Shown here in pieces: positions 1 through 11,938 of a stretch of DNA of 64,000 nucleotides. The stretch comes from Macrostomum lignano (Eukaryota): the NCBI GenBank assembly GCA_002269645.1, contig NIVC01002046.1, positions 1 through 64,000 on the forward strand. Reading direction: 5' to 3'. The notes below the pieces were generated by a model that had not been told where the DNA came from, ran no database searches, and saw only the letters and a list, made by a program, of their open reading frames with translations. The first letter of the stretch is position 1. The number at the start of each line of letters is the position of its first letter. The position numbers and the translations under genes were made by a program.

Positions 1-654
1 GGCTGCAACACAACATATGCCAAGTTGCCACACTGTCACAATGTGCAACGCGATACATGACAACACCGGGTTGCCACAGTGTCGCGCGATGCGACACAAT
101 GCTAGACAGCACTGTCACGCAACGTGACACCAGGAGAATCTTAAAATGCTATGGACGGTTTGTCCATGTTTTGTCAACTTATTCCAATAGAGAAGCATAA
201 GCTGACAAAAATGGGGTCTCATGGGGTCTAAATAAATGTATAGCAAACTAGAGTCAAGGGTACATCAGGAGAAAGTGGCTATAGGGGGCTTAAACAGCTT
301 GGGACCAAGATGAGAAATGCAGCCAATCACTAAGAGTATAGCATAGCAGACTGCAACTAGTAGCCAATCAAAACTATAGGGGTAAGGCATGGCAGCTTGG
401 CTTACAACAAAAATGGGAAGTTGTATGCAAATTATATAGGGGTTGAAAAAAAATAGACAAGGGAGGCAGGGTATGCAAATGCAGGAATGAAAATGAGATA
501 GTCAAAAAACATTTGGGGGAGAAAAGATAGCTAGATTAACTTGACATAAGAAAGTGCACTAATCTGCACAATCACTATCATATACTTATAACAATAGCTT
601 TCTTGGGTATTTTAATTAGATATTGTCTTAAAATGCTTAATACTAAAAGCTTTT

Positions 655-2613
655 TGTTGTGTTTTATGCATTGATTCATCATTCAGCCGAAGGCTTTATT
701 AAAAGAGCATAGCTTAAGTGAAATATATATTTTGTTTATTAATATAAGTCAAGGCAAGCCTTTATAGAGTCAGTCGGTAGCTGTTTGGGACATAGACAAA
801 GTTAATGCTAGGGCAATGGCTAAAATAAAAGTATGTTGGATTTGGATTGGTATATATGTCCCTTTCTAGGGAAAGAGAACTGCAACAGTAAAGCATTGGT
901 GGTTATTGATTAGTGGGTTTGAATATGAATAGGTGAGCTTAGGGAGCTTGGTGCTTAACAAAGTTAATGGCAAATTCGTTAAAAGTTTAGGATTAATCTG
1001 CATCTATGCTATTCAGCAATTATGGCACAAATCAATCAGGGGCCTAACAATTTTGTGAGCTTCGGCGTGTTGGGTTGTTATTTGGTTGCTCTAGGGTATC
1101 CTGCTCATGGGTCGTTGGTACCTGCTCTTATCTAGCTATCATTTGCAGTGAGGGCTGTTGCCAACAACCTCCATGCAAGCTTTTATGCCTTTTATAGTAG
1201 GCAATGGCTTAACTAAGTGGGTATTGTTCTGGGGCACACATGTGGTGTGAAAGAGGCCCTCTGCATCCAATAGATTGCAGCCAAGCAAGCCATATGGTTT
1301 GTTCAAGTTGACCACAATGAGCTCTGCAGGGTGCAGATGACCTCGTAGTTCAACCATGGTTGCTAGCTTTCTGAGTGATTTCATCACGTGACTATTAAAG
1401 GCTTTTAGCTACCAAAAACACTTCTGCAGTGAGGGTTGACCCTGTCATTCCATTACAAACTAGAAAGCATGGAGATGGAGGTGCCTGTATTGATCTGTAT
1501 GTTGATGGTCTTGCCATTGATAATAAGTGGCTCGATGGCTATGTTGACAGCTTAGACAGTTCCCATGTTGCTGAGATGCATAAGGGAAGTCTTCTCATGT
1601 GGCTCATTGTCTATTTCATGAGCTGATGGGTCAGTGACTTGGGGCAAATGCAGATGATAAGCAACATATGCTGGTGAAGTGATTTTTCTTACCACATTTC
1701 AAACAAAGCTTGCCAAAAGTCGGGCATTTTCCTTCCAAATGTGCTTTGCCGCAATAACAATAGTCCTTGATACCCCAATGTCCATTATGCCACTGCAAGT
1801 AATGCACAGAGGCTTTGTGTGTTTGGATCAAAGGAGCTGGCTGAGTCAAAAGCCGCCACCTACTCTAGGTTGCAAATAAAGTCCACAATTTTGGGAACTA
1901 ACTGGAATGATTTGATTTGAGTAGCCTCCAGAATGTGTTGTTGGTTTACATTGCTAAGCCAGAAATTAGTGACATTTAGAACAATTCCTTGAGAGGACTG
2001 TTGGATATCTTCAAATCATCAAACTTACAATCCTTAGCGTCATGACAAAGTTGGCTAACAAAGTCAAAGATTGATTCATTTGGTGCTTGCTGCATGGCAA
2101 AGAAACAAATGCATTCAGCAATGACCAGCTTTTCCTTTGGCTTTAGGTATACTTGCATAGTAGTGTTGATTTCATCAAAGGTTAGGTTGGTCACAGATTT
2201 AGGGGCAATTATGCTTTGTATCTTCTCCAAGGCTATAAGCCCGCAGTGCACCAAAAATTGTCTGTGATGGTCTTCTTTCCAGCACTATCAGTCTAGTCTT
2301 TTGCTTGGGCCAGCACTTGAAAGGCAGTCATCCAGGTTTGAGCTCAATCGGGCTTTTCCTGTGGCAGTTCACCAAGCAACTGTGATACCATTGTTGTGTT
2401 TTATGCATTGATTCAGCATTGAGCCAAAGGCTTTTATTTAAAGAGTATAATGTACGTTTTGAATGAACATGAATGTATGTTTTGTTTAACGATATAAGTA
2501 AAGGCAAGCCTTCATAGAGTCAGTCAGTAGCTGTTTGGGACACAGACAAATAAGTTAATGCTAGGGCAATGACTGAAAATAAAAGTATGTTGGATTTGGA
2601 TCAGTATACAACA
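655..2613 (-). mobile_element. Internally deleted, degenerate Ty3/Gypsy-like LTR retrotransposon (gag, CCHC knuckle and protease remnants; no RT/RNaseH/integrase seen)
   Basis: Direct repeats at ~655-859 and 2392-2613; the latter has TGTTG...CAACA termini. 5-bp TSD CTTTT at 650-654 and 2614-2618. PBS-like TGGTATCA on the minus strand at 2383-2390, and a purine tract next to the other LTR. Minus-strand ORF fragments give gag (LKPKEKLVIAE..FF..QQAPNESIFDFVSQL) and a zinc knuckle (CLKCGKKNHFTSIC). Confidence 0.85.
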
Positions 2614-2777
2614 CTTTTATCTAGAAAATAATCAAGAAATCAACCTTTATATACTAGCCAATATGGCTAATATACTAGCCAATATGCTAGTATTGTGGTA
2701 GACCAAGGGTAATCACAAAATTGATTTCTCTTTATAAGTTAGGCATTATTTTATCAGTTTTACTTCATTGAAAAATT

Positions 2778-3900
2778 TATGAGGGCTGCTTCATAGAAAA
2801 AGACACTTCTAAGTTTGCTTTCGCCTTAGATTTTTTTGCAAATACCCTTACCTAATTAGACTTCTCAACATAGTTTCTAGACAGATTGATGCATTTCTGC
2901 ATCCTATGGAACCATGCTGCAAAATAGTCCCTCAATTCAACCTAAGTGACAGCTTCTAGCTCTGCTTTCAATGCCTCTTCAAGCTCCTTGCGCTAGTCAA
3001 AGCACTTTCCCTTGAGATTCTTCTTGATCTTTGGAAAGAGAAAGAAGTCAGCTAGAGCAAGGTTGGGCAAGTAGGCTGGATATGGCAGCAGAGTCAGCTG
3101 AGTCAATGCTAGAAACTTCTGTGTCACCCTGGCTTGGTGAGCTAAAGCATTGTCATGGTGCCTGAAAATGGCAGTCTCTGCTCTTTGGCCACTCTTGATA
3201 GAGGAACTCTAGCACCTAGGGCAAGCAGATACTTGAGTACTAATAACCAGTTAGTATGGCACCTTCCTCAAGTAGAATGGGCAGCAGGATGCCAAACTGC
3301 CAGAAGAAGACTACTGTCTTGCCTTGCTATTTACTACCTTGCTTACACTTATCTCACATAAGAATTTGATTCCTATGTTCCTCTAAGGTATCCTCTTTGA
3401 TGGTAATCCTTTGTCTGCTCTGAGATTTTGTCTCTGGGTCATAAAAGTAAACCCAAGTTTCATCTCCTATCAGAATATTGTCCACCAATTATGAAGCCTT
3501 TGCATCGAATTTGTTGGCATAAGGTTTGCAAACTTGACATGATCTTGCATTTGGGTTGAGTTCTAGTGATGGGGCAACCAGTGCAAACACTTTCCTCATG
3601 CCCAGATGATCCTGCAAGATGGAAATGGCACTTGAATCCAAAATCCCAATATGTTTCTTGATTTCACAAACCATCACTTATTGATCTTCATCAAGCAGTC
3701 TTTAGACTCTGACCACTGTTGCATTCATTATGGCTGAATTCAGATGGCCTTTGCATTTGTCATCATCCAGCTCCAGGCAGCCAGAATAAAATTGGCCAAA
3801 CTAGTTTTACACCATCATCTAGAATGGGGCTTTCTTGGCCTAAGCCCAAGGCTTCTTGAAGCATCTGCAAGCACTTGGAGGCAGATTGGCCAAGTCAAAG
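2778..3900 (-). mobile_element. Decayed Tc1/mariner (mariner-type) transposase remnant
   Basis: Minus-strand translation gives ILQDHLGMRKV, HHDNALAH (~3140-3160) and PYPAYLPNLALADFFLFPKI (~3030-3085; cf. mariner YSPDLAPxDF). TATGAGGGCTG at 2778 resembles a TACGAGGG-type TIR end. Many stops and frameshifts; the other TIR was not found and the left boundary of the element is approximate. Confidence 0.8.
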
Positions 3901-4808
3901 TTGGCCCATTTTGACTAAGCCAAAATCTATGTGATTTATTAGAGAAAAATAGCTCAATTGATTTTCTTTAAACTTGCACTGTTTAATCAGAATTTTTTTA
4001 CAAAAAAATATAAATAGTGGCTAGTGCTAAAATAATATGGGATAATATATATAAGCTAGAAGCACTCTATCATATCATAGATACCAGATACTAATAATAA
4101 GATAGACATCTTGAATACATCTTATAGAAAATAATCAAGAAATCAACCTTTATATATTAGCCAATATACAACTATAAAAGTATATATCACTTATTTATAT
4201 AGTTTTAAGCTATTTAACTTAAATGCTATAGCCTACAGCTAAATTTGCACATTTTAGCACTGGGTTAGTTTACAAATACATTATGGATATACCAAAAACA
4301 AGTTATTTTTATCTATAAATCACATCAACAATAACTCACTTAACTAATGAACAGTAAATAGCCTATATATTTATTTTAAATTCTCAATAACAATTTTATT
4401 CCTTACTCACAATATAATATAGCATGAGTAACTCAAGCATAATTTTTGAAGAGTAACCATTACTAGGTTAATGATTCAAACAGTTAAGAAATAAAACTAA
4501 AAAAACAGCAGTTAAGTTAATGAAGCTTCTCTTCATTCTTGCTATTGCATTACTAGTTTATTTTTAATGTATGGGAAGATGACCAAAGCATGTCTATAAT
4601 CTACATATAGAAGTCATTGGATTATGATACTATTACTACTGCATGCTATAGTCTATAATGTTAATAAGCAAGTACTATAGTTTATTATTATAGCAGTTTC
4701 TGTGTGTGTTAACTGAGCTTTTTGATATCATTCTAACTGCTTTTTATTTCTACAATGCTTGGTCCCTATACCAAAGTTAAACAAAAACATCAACATTCAA
4801 CATACTAA

Positions 4809-6413
4809 CTACAAGCTAGTGGTTTTCACAGTGGTTAGGGTCTCGCCCTGACTGCTTGGCTTGAGTGTTTCTACCTCCTCTGTGGAAGCCTTTGGCAACC
4901 TTACACGTTTCCGTCCCTGGTGCCACACGCCAGCCAGTCTGAAAAGCAATTCTAAGAATTCAAATGTACTTATTAGTGACACGCCTAGCCACAGTCCAAG
5001 AATGCCACCAATGTCTGAGAACAGATTCCTAGCTGGATAGGCCCAGTTCTCAACTACTATATTGCCCATAGTTGAGTGGCTGTAGATGTTTAGCTTGAGA
5101 AAGCTGTGAATTCCATTGCTAGGCTGTTTAATGAGTAGTTGGCGCATTTCCATTAGTACACTGTCGTCCAGAGCGTCTTGTCGAGCCAGAGTAGCCGTCT
5201 CTTCAACCGACTTTAACAGAGCCAGTGTTGCTTCGCCGAAGTCGCTTGGCCAACTGTTTTGAGTTAGTCGCATCTCGTATTGCAAGTTTGTGCAACTAAT
5301 CGAGCAGTTGGCTCGGTCAGCAGCTGTCAGGCTGTGTATTGTGCGCACAGCCCTATCGTGACAAGCTCGCCGACTTGTATTGTTGCTTCCGTCTGGCGCC
5401 ATGGCATCCTCGGCGTGGTGGTCGATTCGGTGACAAAATTTTTCTCGAAAATCGCCTCGCTGATGCTGGTAGATGGTTGGCAATGGTAGCATCTCGGAGA
5501 TACATTTGCACGTCTTGTTCAGATAGTCCTGATAGCGATACATTGAACAATCGGTGATGCTGTATCTATATTTCCTGCGATTGCCGAAACAGTCAAGAAA
5601 TTCGATTGTACTCAACGAATCTTCTTCAATACACGGTCGAGTATTTTTGCTTAACACAGTCTCCTTGGTGTAGGCCAATTGAGCATATGTATTGGTGCCC
5701 TTCTGCACGTAGAAACCGTCCATCATATTTGGCCGGGTGCCCGGTTCGTGTATGACAACTCGATAGCCAGTAGAGAAGCTCAACGATTCCTCCTCTGTGA
5801 TGAAGTTTTTACCGTCGCCGCCGTATAATATTAGATTAAGGCCGCCCTCTTGTTCGCCGCCGACTATTAGATGTCTATTGTTGGGCGAAAATGTATAGCA
5901 GCTGACGTATTCTGGATCTACATACTCGATGAAGTCTCTATACGAACATGCGGCGCCTATGTAGCGGCACAGTACGATCATGTCCTGTCTCTGCTTGGTT
6001 ATATTTACCAGATGCAGGTAGCTCTTCAGAGAATTACGCAAGTCGCCATTTATTGCGCTGTTATTTTGATGAGGATTTTGCGGATCCCAGTAACTTCTAA
6101 TCCTTTCAATTAGCTGGTTGATTGTCAAGTTGGTACCTTTAACTGTTGGATTGCGACTGAATCTAATTAGACTAAGCTGACTAGTTGAACAAATTGTCAC
6201 GTCTGGGAATACAAACTGGGTGCTATAAACCTGTGTCTCCGTGTTAACTGGCGACTGATAGAATCGGCTGATTAGGAAGCACAAGTGAACGGTGAATCCA
6301 ATGGTTGCTGTTAATATAATTAGCATCCAGACTAGACGATGCATAATGCTACTAGTTTCGAAGATCTTGTGAAATCCGTGCGCGCTCGTGCTGTTGCAGA
6401 AATTCTTTAACAT
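4809..6413 (-). CDS. Intronless DEG/ENaC (amiloride-sensitive sodium channel/ASIC-like) subunit, 534 aa
   Basis: Pre-TM1 HG motif (STSAHG), TM1, FPDVTICS, CYTF, GYRVVIHEPG, Cys-rich thumb domain, and TM2 SDIGGILGLWLGVSLIS with the GxS filter. Confidence 0.95.
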   Translation of the reverse strand: MLKNFCNSTSAHGFHKIFETSSIMHRLVWMLIILTATIGFTVHLCFLISRFYQSPVNTETQVYSTQFVFPDVTICSTSQLSLIRFSRNPTVKGTNLTINQLIERIRSYWDPQNPHQNNSAINGDLRNSLKSYLHLVNITKQRQDMIVLCRYIGAACSYRDFIEYVDPEYVSCYTFSPNNRHLIVGGEQEGGLNLILYGGDGKNFITEEESLSFSTGYRVVIHEPGTRPNMMDGFYVQKGTNTYAQLAYTKETVLSKNTRPCIEEDSLSTIEFLDCFGNRRKYRYSITDCSMYRYQDYLNKTCKCISEMLPLPTIYQHQRGDFREKFCHRIDHHAEDAMAPDGSNNTSRRACHDRAVRTIHSLTAADRANCSISCTNLQYEMRLTQNSWPSDFGEATLALLKSVEETATLARQDALDDSVLMEMRQLLIKQPSNGIHSFLKLNIYSHSTMGNIVVENWAYPARNLFSDIGGILGLWLGVSLISTFEFLELLFRLAGVWHQGRKRVRLPKASTEEVETLKPSSQGETLTTVKTTSL

Positions 6414-7172
6414 AAAATTGACGGCGTGTCGACTGCAATCTCAGATTTGCAATTTTTTTGTGGAATTTCTTGGTATTCGTTTGACTGACGGCTCGGCTTC
6501 AAAGTTGAGTCCGTTTTCCACATGCCTGGCGAGTCTAATTGTTGATTTTGGTCCAGGCAAATTATCGATTTGATAGTGCACGGACTCTGGCCTTCTATAT
6601 CCGGATTGTCTTCTGCAACAATGTCGTTGGCCTCTTTTGTGTTGACACTGCTGTCGCTACCTGGGCTTGCTGCTTCCATATGGGACTGTTTCTGGCCCAG
6701 CATTGTGTGACAAGCCTGTCCGTTCGTCTGTCTTAGACCACCTATAGCGCAGACATTTTGGACAAAAAATAACGTCTACTGAAGAGAGTCCTGCATACAA
6801 AGTGTGCTTCTTAACGTTGATACTTCAAGCGCAGTTGCTAGCCTATTCGTCTTGCTGTACTTAACCATTTTATAGCCTGGCTGAAGAAGGAATGGGTCTG
6901 CAAATTTTAGCAATTCCCACAGGCTCCCATTGGCTTAGTTCGCTGCTAGCCAATCTAATTTGGCTTCACTTGGGATATGTGTGTACAGGACCTTAGGGAA
7001 ATTTCTCCACCGATTTGCCTATCGATTACATGCCCTGACTTAATTCAATTGATCTATTTTTTTCTTATTAGTAATCTCACTCTATGGTGTCTTTTGTAAT
7101 TGAGTCTATATTGCGGGTTACCAATAATGTAATATTATATAATATATATATACTGAAAATTTACCATTTTAG

Positions 7173-8913
7173 AAATATGGATCCGCTGACGGAGACTGTA
7201 TCCTTTTATTTATTGTTTTGTTAGCGAATGTTCGAATTGATTTTCGGAGAGGTTGATTCTTTCCTTAACTGAACTGACGTTATTATAAACTATCTTTTAA
7301 ACTAAATTAGTATGGACTCTCCTTTTACCTTACCTACCTGGTGCATTGGCCGGAGTACTTTAAGATTGCCGAATCCTCCGATGGCCGAGTTATGGGCTAC
7401 GGTAATTAAATTAACGATTTATTATCCTTCTAACCTAATGATAGTTTTGGCCAATAAATAACAATTATATATATACCTGGCCTAACTTAATCTTACTATA
7501 GTGATGGGCAAATCTGAGGGCTACAACGAGAAATGGCACGGTCACGTGACTGCTCTGTCCGTTGCGCCAGAATTTCGTCGACTTGGTTTAGCCGGCAAAT
7601 TAATGGCTGGCCTTGAGGACGTGTCCGAAAAGTGAGTATTTTTGTTTCTTGTTGGCTGGTTGTAATGTCTTGATTCAGGATAAAGGCTTTTTATCTCTTG
7701 ATATTATCTCATCTCTTTTTATCTCTTGCCACTGGCTATTCCCCAGTTGCACCACTGGCTATTCCCCAGTTGCACCACTGGCTATTACCCAGTTGCACCA
7801 CTGGCTATTCCCCAGTTGCACCACTGCCTATTCCCCAGTTGCACCACTGCCTATTCCCCAGTTGCACCACTGCCTTCCCCAGTTGCACCACTGTCTATTC
7901 CCCAGTTGCACCACTGGCTATACCCCAGTTGCACCACTGCCTATTCCCCAGTTGCACCACTGCCTATTCCCCAGTTGCACCACTGGCTATTCCCCAGTTG
8001 CACCACTGGCTATTCCCCAGTTGCACCACTGCCTATTCCCCAGTTGCACCACTGCCTTCCCCATTTGCACCACTGCCTATTCCCCAGTTGCACCACTGCC
8101 TATTCCCCAGTTGCACCACTGGCTATTACCCAGTTGCACCACTGGCTATTCCCCAGTTGCACCACTGCCTATTCCCCAGTTGCACCACTGCCTATTCCCC
8201 AGTTGCACCACTGCCTATTCCCCAGTTGCACCACTGGCTATTCCCCAGTTGCACCACTGCCTATTCCCCAGTTGCACCACTGGCTATTCCCCAGTTGCAC
8301 CACTGCCTATTCCCCAGTTGCACCACTGCCTATTCCCCAGTTGCACCACTGCCTATTCCCCAGTTGCACCACTGCCTATTCCCCAGTTGCACCACTGGCT
8401 ATTACCCAGTTGCACCACTGGCTATTCCCCAGTTGCACCACTGGCTATTACCCAGTTGCACCACTGGCTATTCCCCAGTTGCACCACTGCCTATTCCCCA
8501 GTTGCACCACTGCCTATTCCCCAGTTGCACCACTGCCTATTCCCCAGTTGCACCACTGCCTATTCCCCAGTTGCACCACTGCCTATTCCCCAGTTGCACC
8601 ACTGCCTTCCCCAGTTGCACCACTGGCTATTACCCAGTTGCACCACTTTCTCACAAAACTTCCACCCGACAGAAAGCGAGCCTATTTTGTCGATCTGTTC
8701 GTTCGCGTCTCCAACGACGTGGCTGTCGCCCTTTACAAGAAGCTGGGCTACACAGTGTATCGGCGTGTACTAGAATATTATTCTGGCAACTCCTCGCCAA
8801 TGTTTGAACAAGATGAAGACGCTTTCGATATGCGAAAATCGCTCAGTAGAGATCCGGAAAGAAAGTCTATGATTCCACTAGAGAAACCTGTGCGACCTGA
8901 AGATGTTGATTGA
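7173..8913 (+). CDS. NAA20: N-alpha-acetyltransferase 20 (NatB catalytic subunit); exons 7173-7197, 7311-7401, 7502-7631, 8673-8913; first exon not located
   Basis: Spliced translation NMDPLTET/YGLSFYLTYLVHWPEYF...WHGHVTALSVAPEFRRLGLA...FVDLFVRVSN...DEDAFDMRKSLSRD..K.S.IPL..PVRPED. GT-AG sites with consistent phases. Confidence 0.95.
7198..7310 (+). other. U12-type (minor spliceosome) GT-AG intron in NAA20
   Basis: 5' site GTATCCTTT (7198-7206), branch site TTCCTTAAC (7261-7269), and the first downstream AG at 7309-7310. Confidence 0.85.
7727..8648. repeat. 23-bp minisatellite (TATTCCCCAGTTGCACCACTG(G/C)C) in the last NAA20 intron
   Basis: Direct inspection; the 23-aa periodicity in all three frames reflects the 23-nt unit. 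Confidence 0.95.
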
Positions 8914-9522
8914 GTTGCGTGGATTTTTCTCTGGCTTTGACTGTCTTTAGTTTGATTTTATTGTTACTGTATAATGTTAGAAAATTTTAGTTTTACATTA
9001 GCAGCTAACTTGCAACAGTTTCTAAACAAGTCAAACAATAAAAAAAATATTATCATAATCTTTAAGCTCCTGTTCAAAAAGGTTTATACCGAAATAGTGC
9101 AACTGCAAGTCTCTTGGTGTCTTTATTTCTACTGAAATTTAACTTTAGGTTTAGCCAGTTTTTCAGGTCCAAGCGTATTGAACCGGCTTAGTAGTAGAAC
9201 GATTTTCTAGTTAGTTTTCAATTTCCAGGGCCATCTGTTTGCGCTGTAGACTTTTGTGTAGCGTATATAATACCAATCTGTTACGTATTGTTGCGCATGT
9301 GTATTGAAACCAGTTTTCTTCACTTTATAGAGCCAGTAGGGTAGCGACATAAAATGGCATTTTATTGCGCACTTTCTCTTTCACTTTCACTGTGGAAAAA
9401 TATCTTGCAAAGTAAAAAAGTTAACTTTTAATTCCAATTGGTGTGGGAAACAAGACGTTAGCATGAAGAGGGTCAGGGTAAAGTTTCGTTGAACCTTCTC
9501 TTTTTTATGATGTTATCTATAA

Positions 9523-10460
9523 TTGCTATCGGGGGATGCTTGCTATCTAGGGGTGCTTGCTATCGAGGGATGCTTGCTATCGAGAGATGCTTGCTATCGA
9601 GAGATGCTTGCTATCGGGGTATGCTTGCTATCAGGGGATGCTTGCTATCAGGGGATGCTTGCTATCAGGGGATGCTTGCTATCGAGAGATGCTTGCTATC
9701 GGGGTATGCTTGCTATCAGGGGATGCTTGCTATCGAGAGATGCTTGCTATCGGGGTATGCTTGCTATCAGGGGATGCTTGCTATCGAGAGATGCTTGCTA
9801 TCGGGGTATGCTTGCTATCAGGGGATGCTTGCTATCGAGAGATGCTTGCTATCGGGGTATGCTTGCTATCAGGGGATGCTTGCTATCAGGGGATGCTTGC
9901 TATCAGGGGATGCTTGCTATCAGGGGATGCTTGCTATCAGGGGATGCTTGCTATCAGGGGATGCTTGCTATCAGGGGATGCTTGCTATCGAGAGATGCTT
10001 GCTATCGGGGTATGCTTGCTATCAGGGGATGCTTGCTATCAGGGGATGCTTGCTATCTTGGGTTGCTTGCTATCGGGTATGCTTGCTATCTGGGGGATGC
10101 TTGCTATCGGGGGATGCTTGCTATCTTGGGTTGCTTGCTATCGGGTATGCTTGCTATCTGGGGGATGCTTGCTATCGAGGGATGCTTGCTATCGGGGTAA
10201 TGCTTGCTATCTGGGGATGCTTGCTATCTGGGGGTGCTTGCTTTCGGGGGATGCTTGCTTTCGGGGGAGGGGGATGCTTGCTATCGGGGAATGCTTGTTA
10301 TTTAGGTGGTGCTTTCTATCGATAGATGCTTGCTCTCGGTGGGGGGTGCTAGCTATCTAGGGATTCTTTCTATCCAGAGATGCCTGCTATCTGGGAGTGC
10401 TTGCTATTTTGGGGTATGTATAGGGTTAGGGTTAGGGGCTTGCTGTCTGTGGGATGCTTT
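9523..10460. repeat. 17-bp minisatellite (ATGCTTGCTATCAGGGG), intergenic, degenerating rightwards
   Basis: Direct inspection; 17-aa period in the ORF track. Confidence 0.95.
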
Positions 10461-11375
10461 CTATTTAGAGGAATGCCTGTTATTTTTCTGAAGGCTTCAT
10501 TTTGCTATGTCCTTTTCTTACTGTACTTATGGAAAAGAGATTCATAGCAAACATATTTGTTCGTGACAAAATTACTCAAATAAGGTGATTTGTAAAACTG
10601 AAAAAGTAATATGTGCTTTTTTAATGGAATTGCATTATTAATTTTTGCTCCTTGCTTATTGGCCGCCCTGAACGGGGGCACTAGATTGCTAGTCAACATC
10701 TATAATCTGTACACATTCTGCTGACTCCTTCGCACACAAACGCTCACAGAGTCAGACGCGTTAACCTGCTTCTAACAACCCCATACTCAAAAAATATGTT
10801 TTTGAGCTAATAAAGAATCCGACACCCCATACACCTCAGAATCTATGTTTTTCTTTGCTATATTGTACCAGCTAAATGTTGAATAATATTAGTACTCGTA
10901 CCAACTATACAGAATAGTACAGCAGAGTCACATTGGTTCTAGGCTTATCTGCTTGTGATCTATTTAGTTTCAGTCAGTGTATATATGGAGTTTATCGGCT
11001 TGACCCCATGTTTTCCCTATACATATATATATATATGATAGAAATGGCAGTAGGCGTATTCGTTCTATATAGTTTAATCTGCTGGTCTGTACGGTATTTG
11101 TCGTGCAGTCTGTGGGCTGGATTAGGAATAGGCGATGACATTTGCGTTTTGATTGTAGGCATAAGAGGGGACGAGTCTTGCGGTTTGATTTGGATTGTCA
11201 AGATTTGGGTAGGCGGAATTTGCTGTGGGGAAGATCTTTGTTTGTATAAGTCGGGCGGTACCCGCAACCAACACCCGCCCCCACGGCGCTGGGCTCATGG
11301 ATTGCTAAAAATTGCAAGTGTCTGGAAATGAAGTTTAAATAGATAAACTTATATACTACGGTTAGGTTTTTCTTG

Positions 11376-11411
<36 letters not shown>

Positions 11412-11692
11412 CACTGCTACTACTACTACTATTACTACTACTACTACTACTACTACTGCTACTACTACTACTATTACTACTACTACTACTACTACTACTA
11501 CTGCTAGTACTACTGCTACTACTACTACTACTGCTACTACTACTGCTACTACTACTACTACTACTGCTACTACTGCTACTACTGCTACTATTACTACTAC
11601 TACTGCTACTACTACTACTATTACTACTACTACTACTACTATTACTACTACTACTACTACTGCTAGTACTACTGCTACTACTACTGCTACTG

Positions 11693-11730
<38 letters not shown>

Positions 11731-11785
11731 GCTACTACTGCTACTATTACTACTACTGCTACTACTACTACTATTACTACTACTG

Positions 11786-11826
<41 letters not shown>

Positions 11827-11881
11827 GCTACTACTGCTACTATTACTACTACTGCTACTACTACTACTATTACTACTACTG

Positions 11882-11938
<57 letters not shown>
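11376..11938. repeat. (ACT)n trinucleotide microsatellite with GCT/ATT variants
   Basis: Direct inspection. Confidence 0.98.

Noticed and set aside
7084-7176. In-frame ATG at 7084 reading through into NAA20 exon 7173 (MVSFVIESILRVTNNV...)
   Set aside because: Poor match to the conserved NAA20 N-terminus, and it runs through an AT-rich (TA)n tract ending in a good acceptor, so it is more likely intron.
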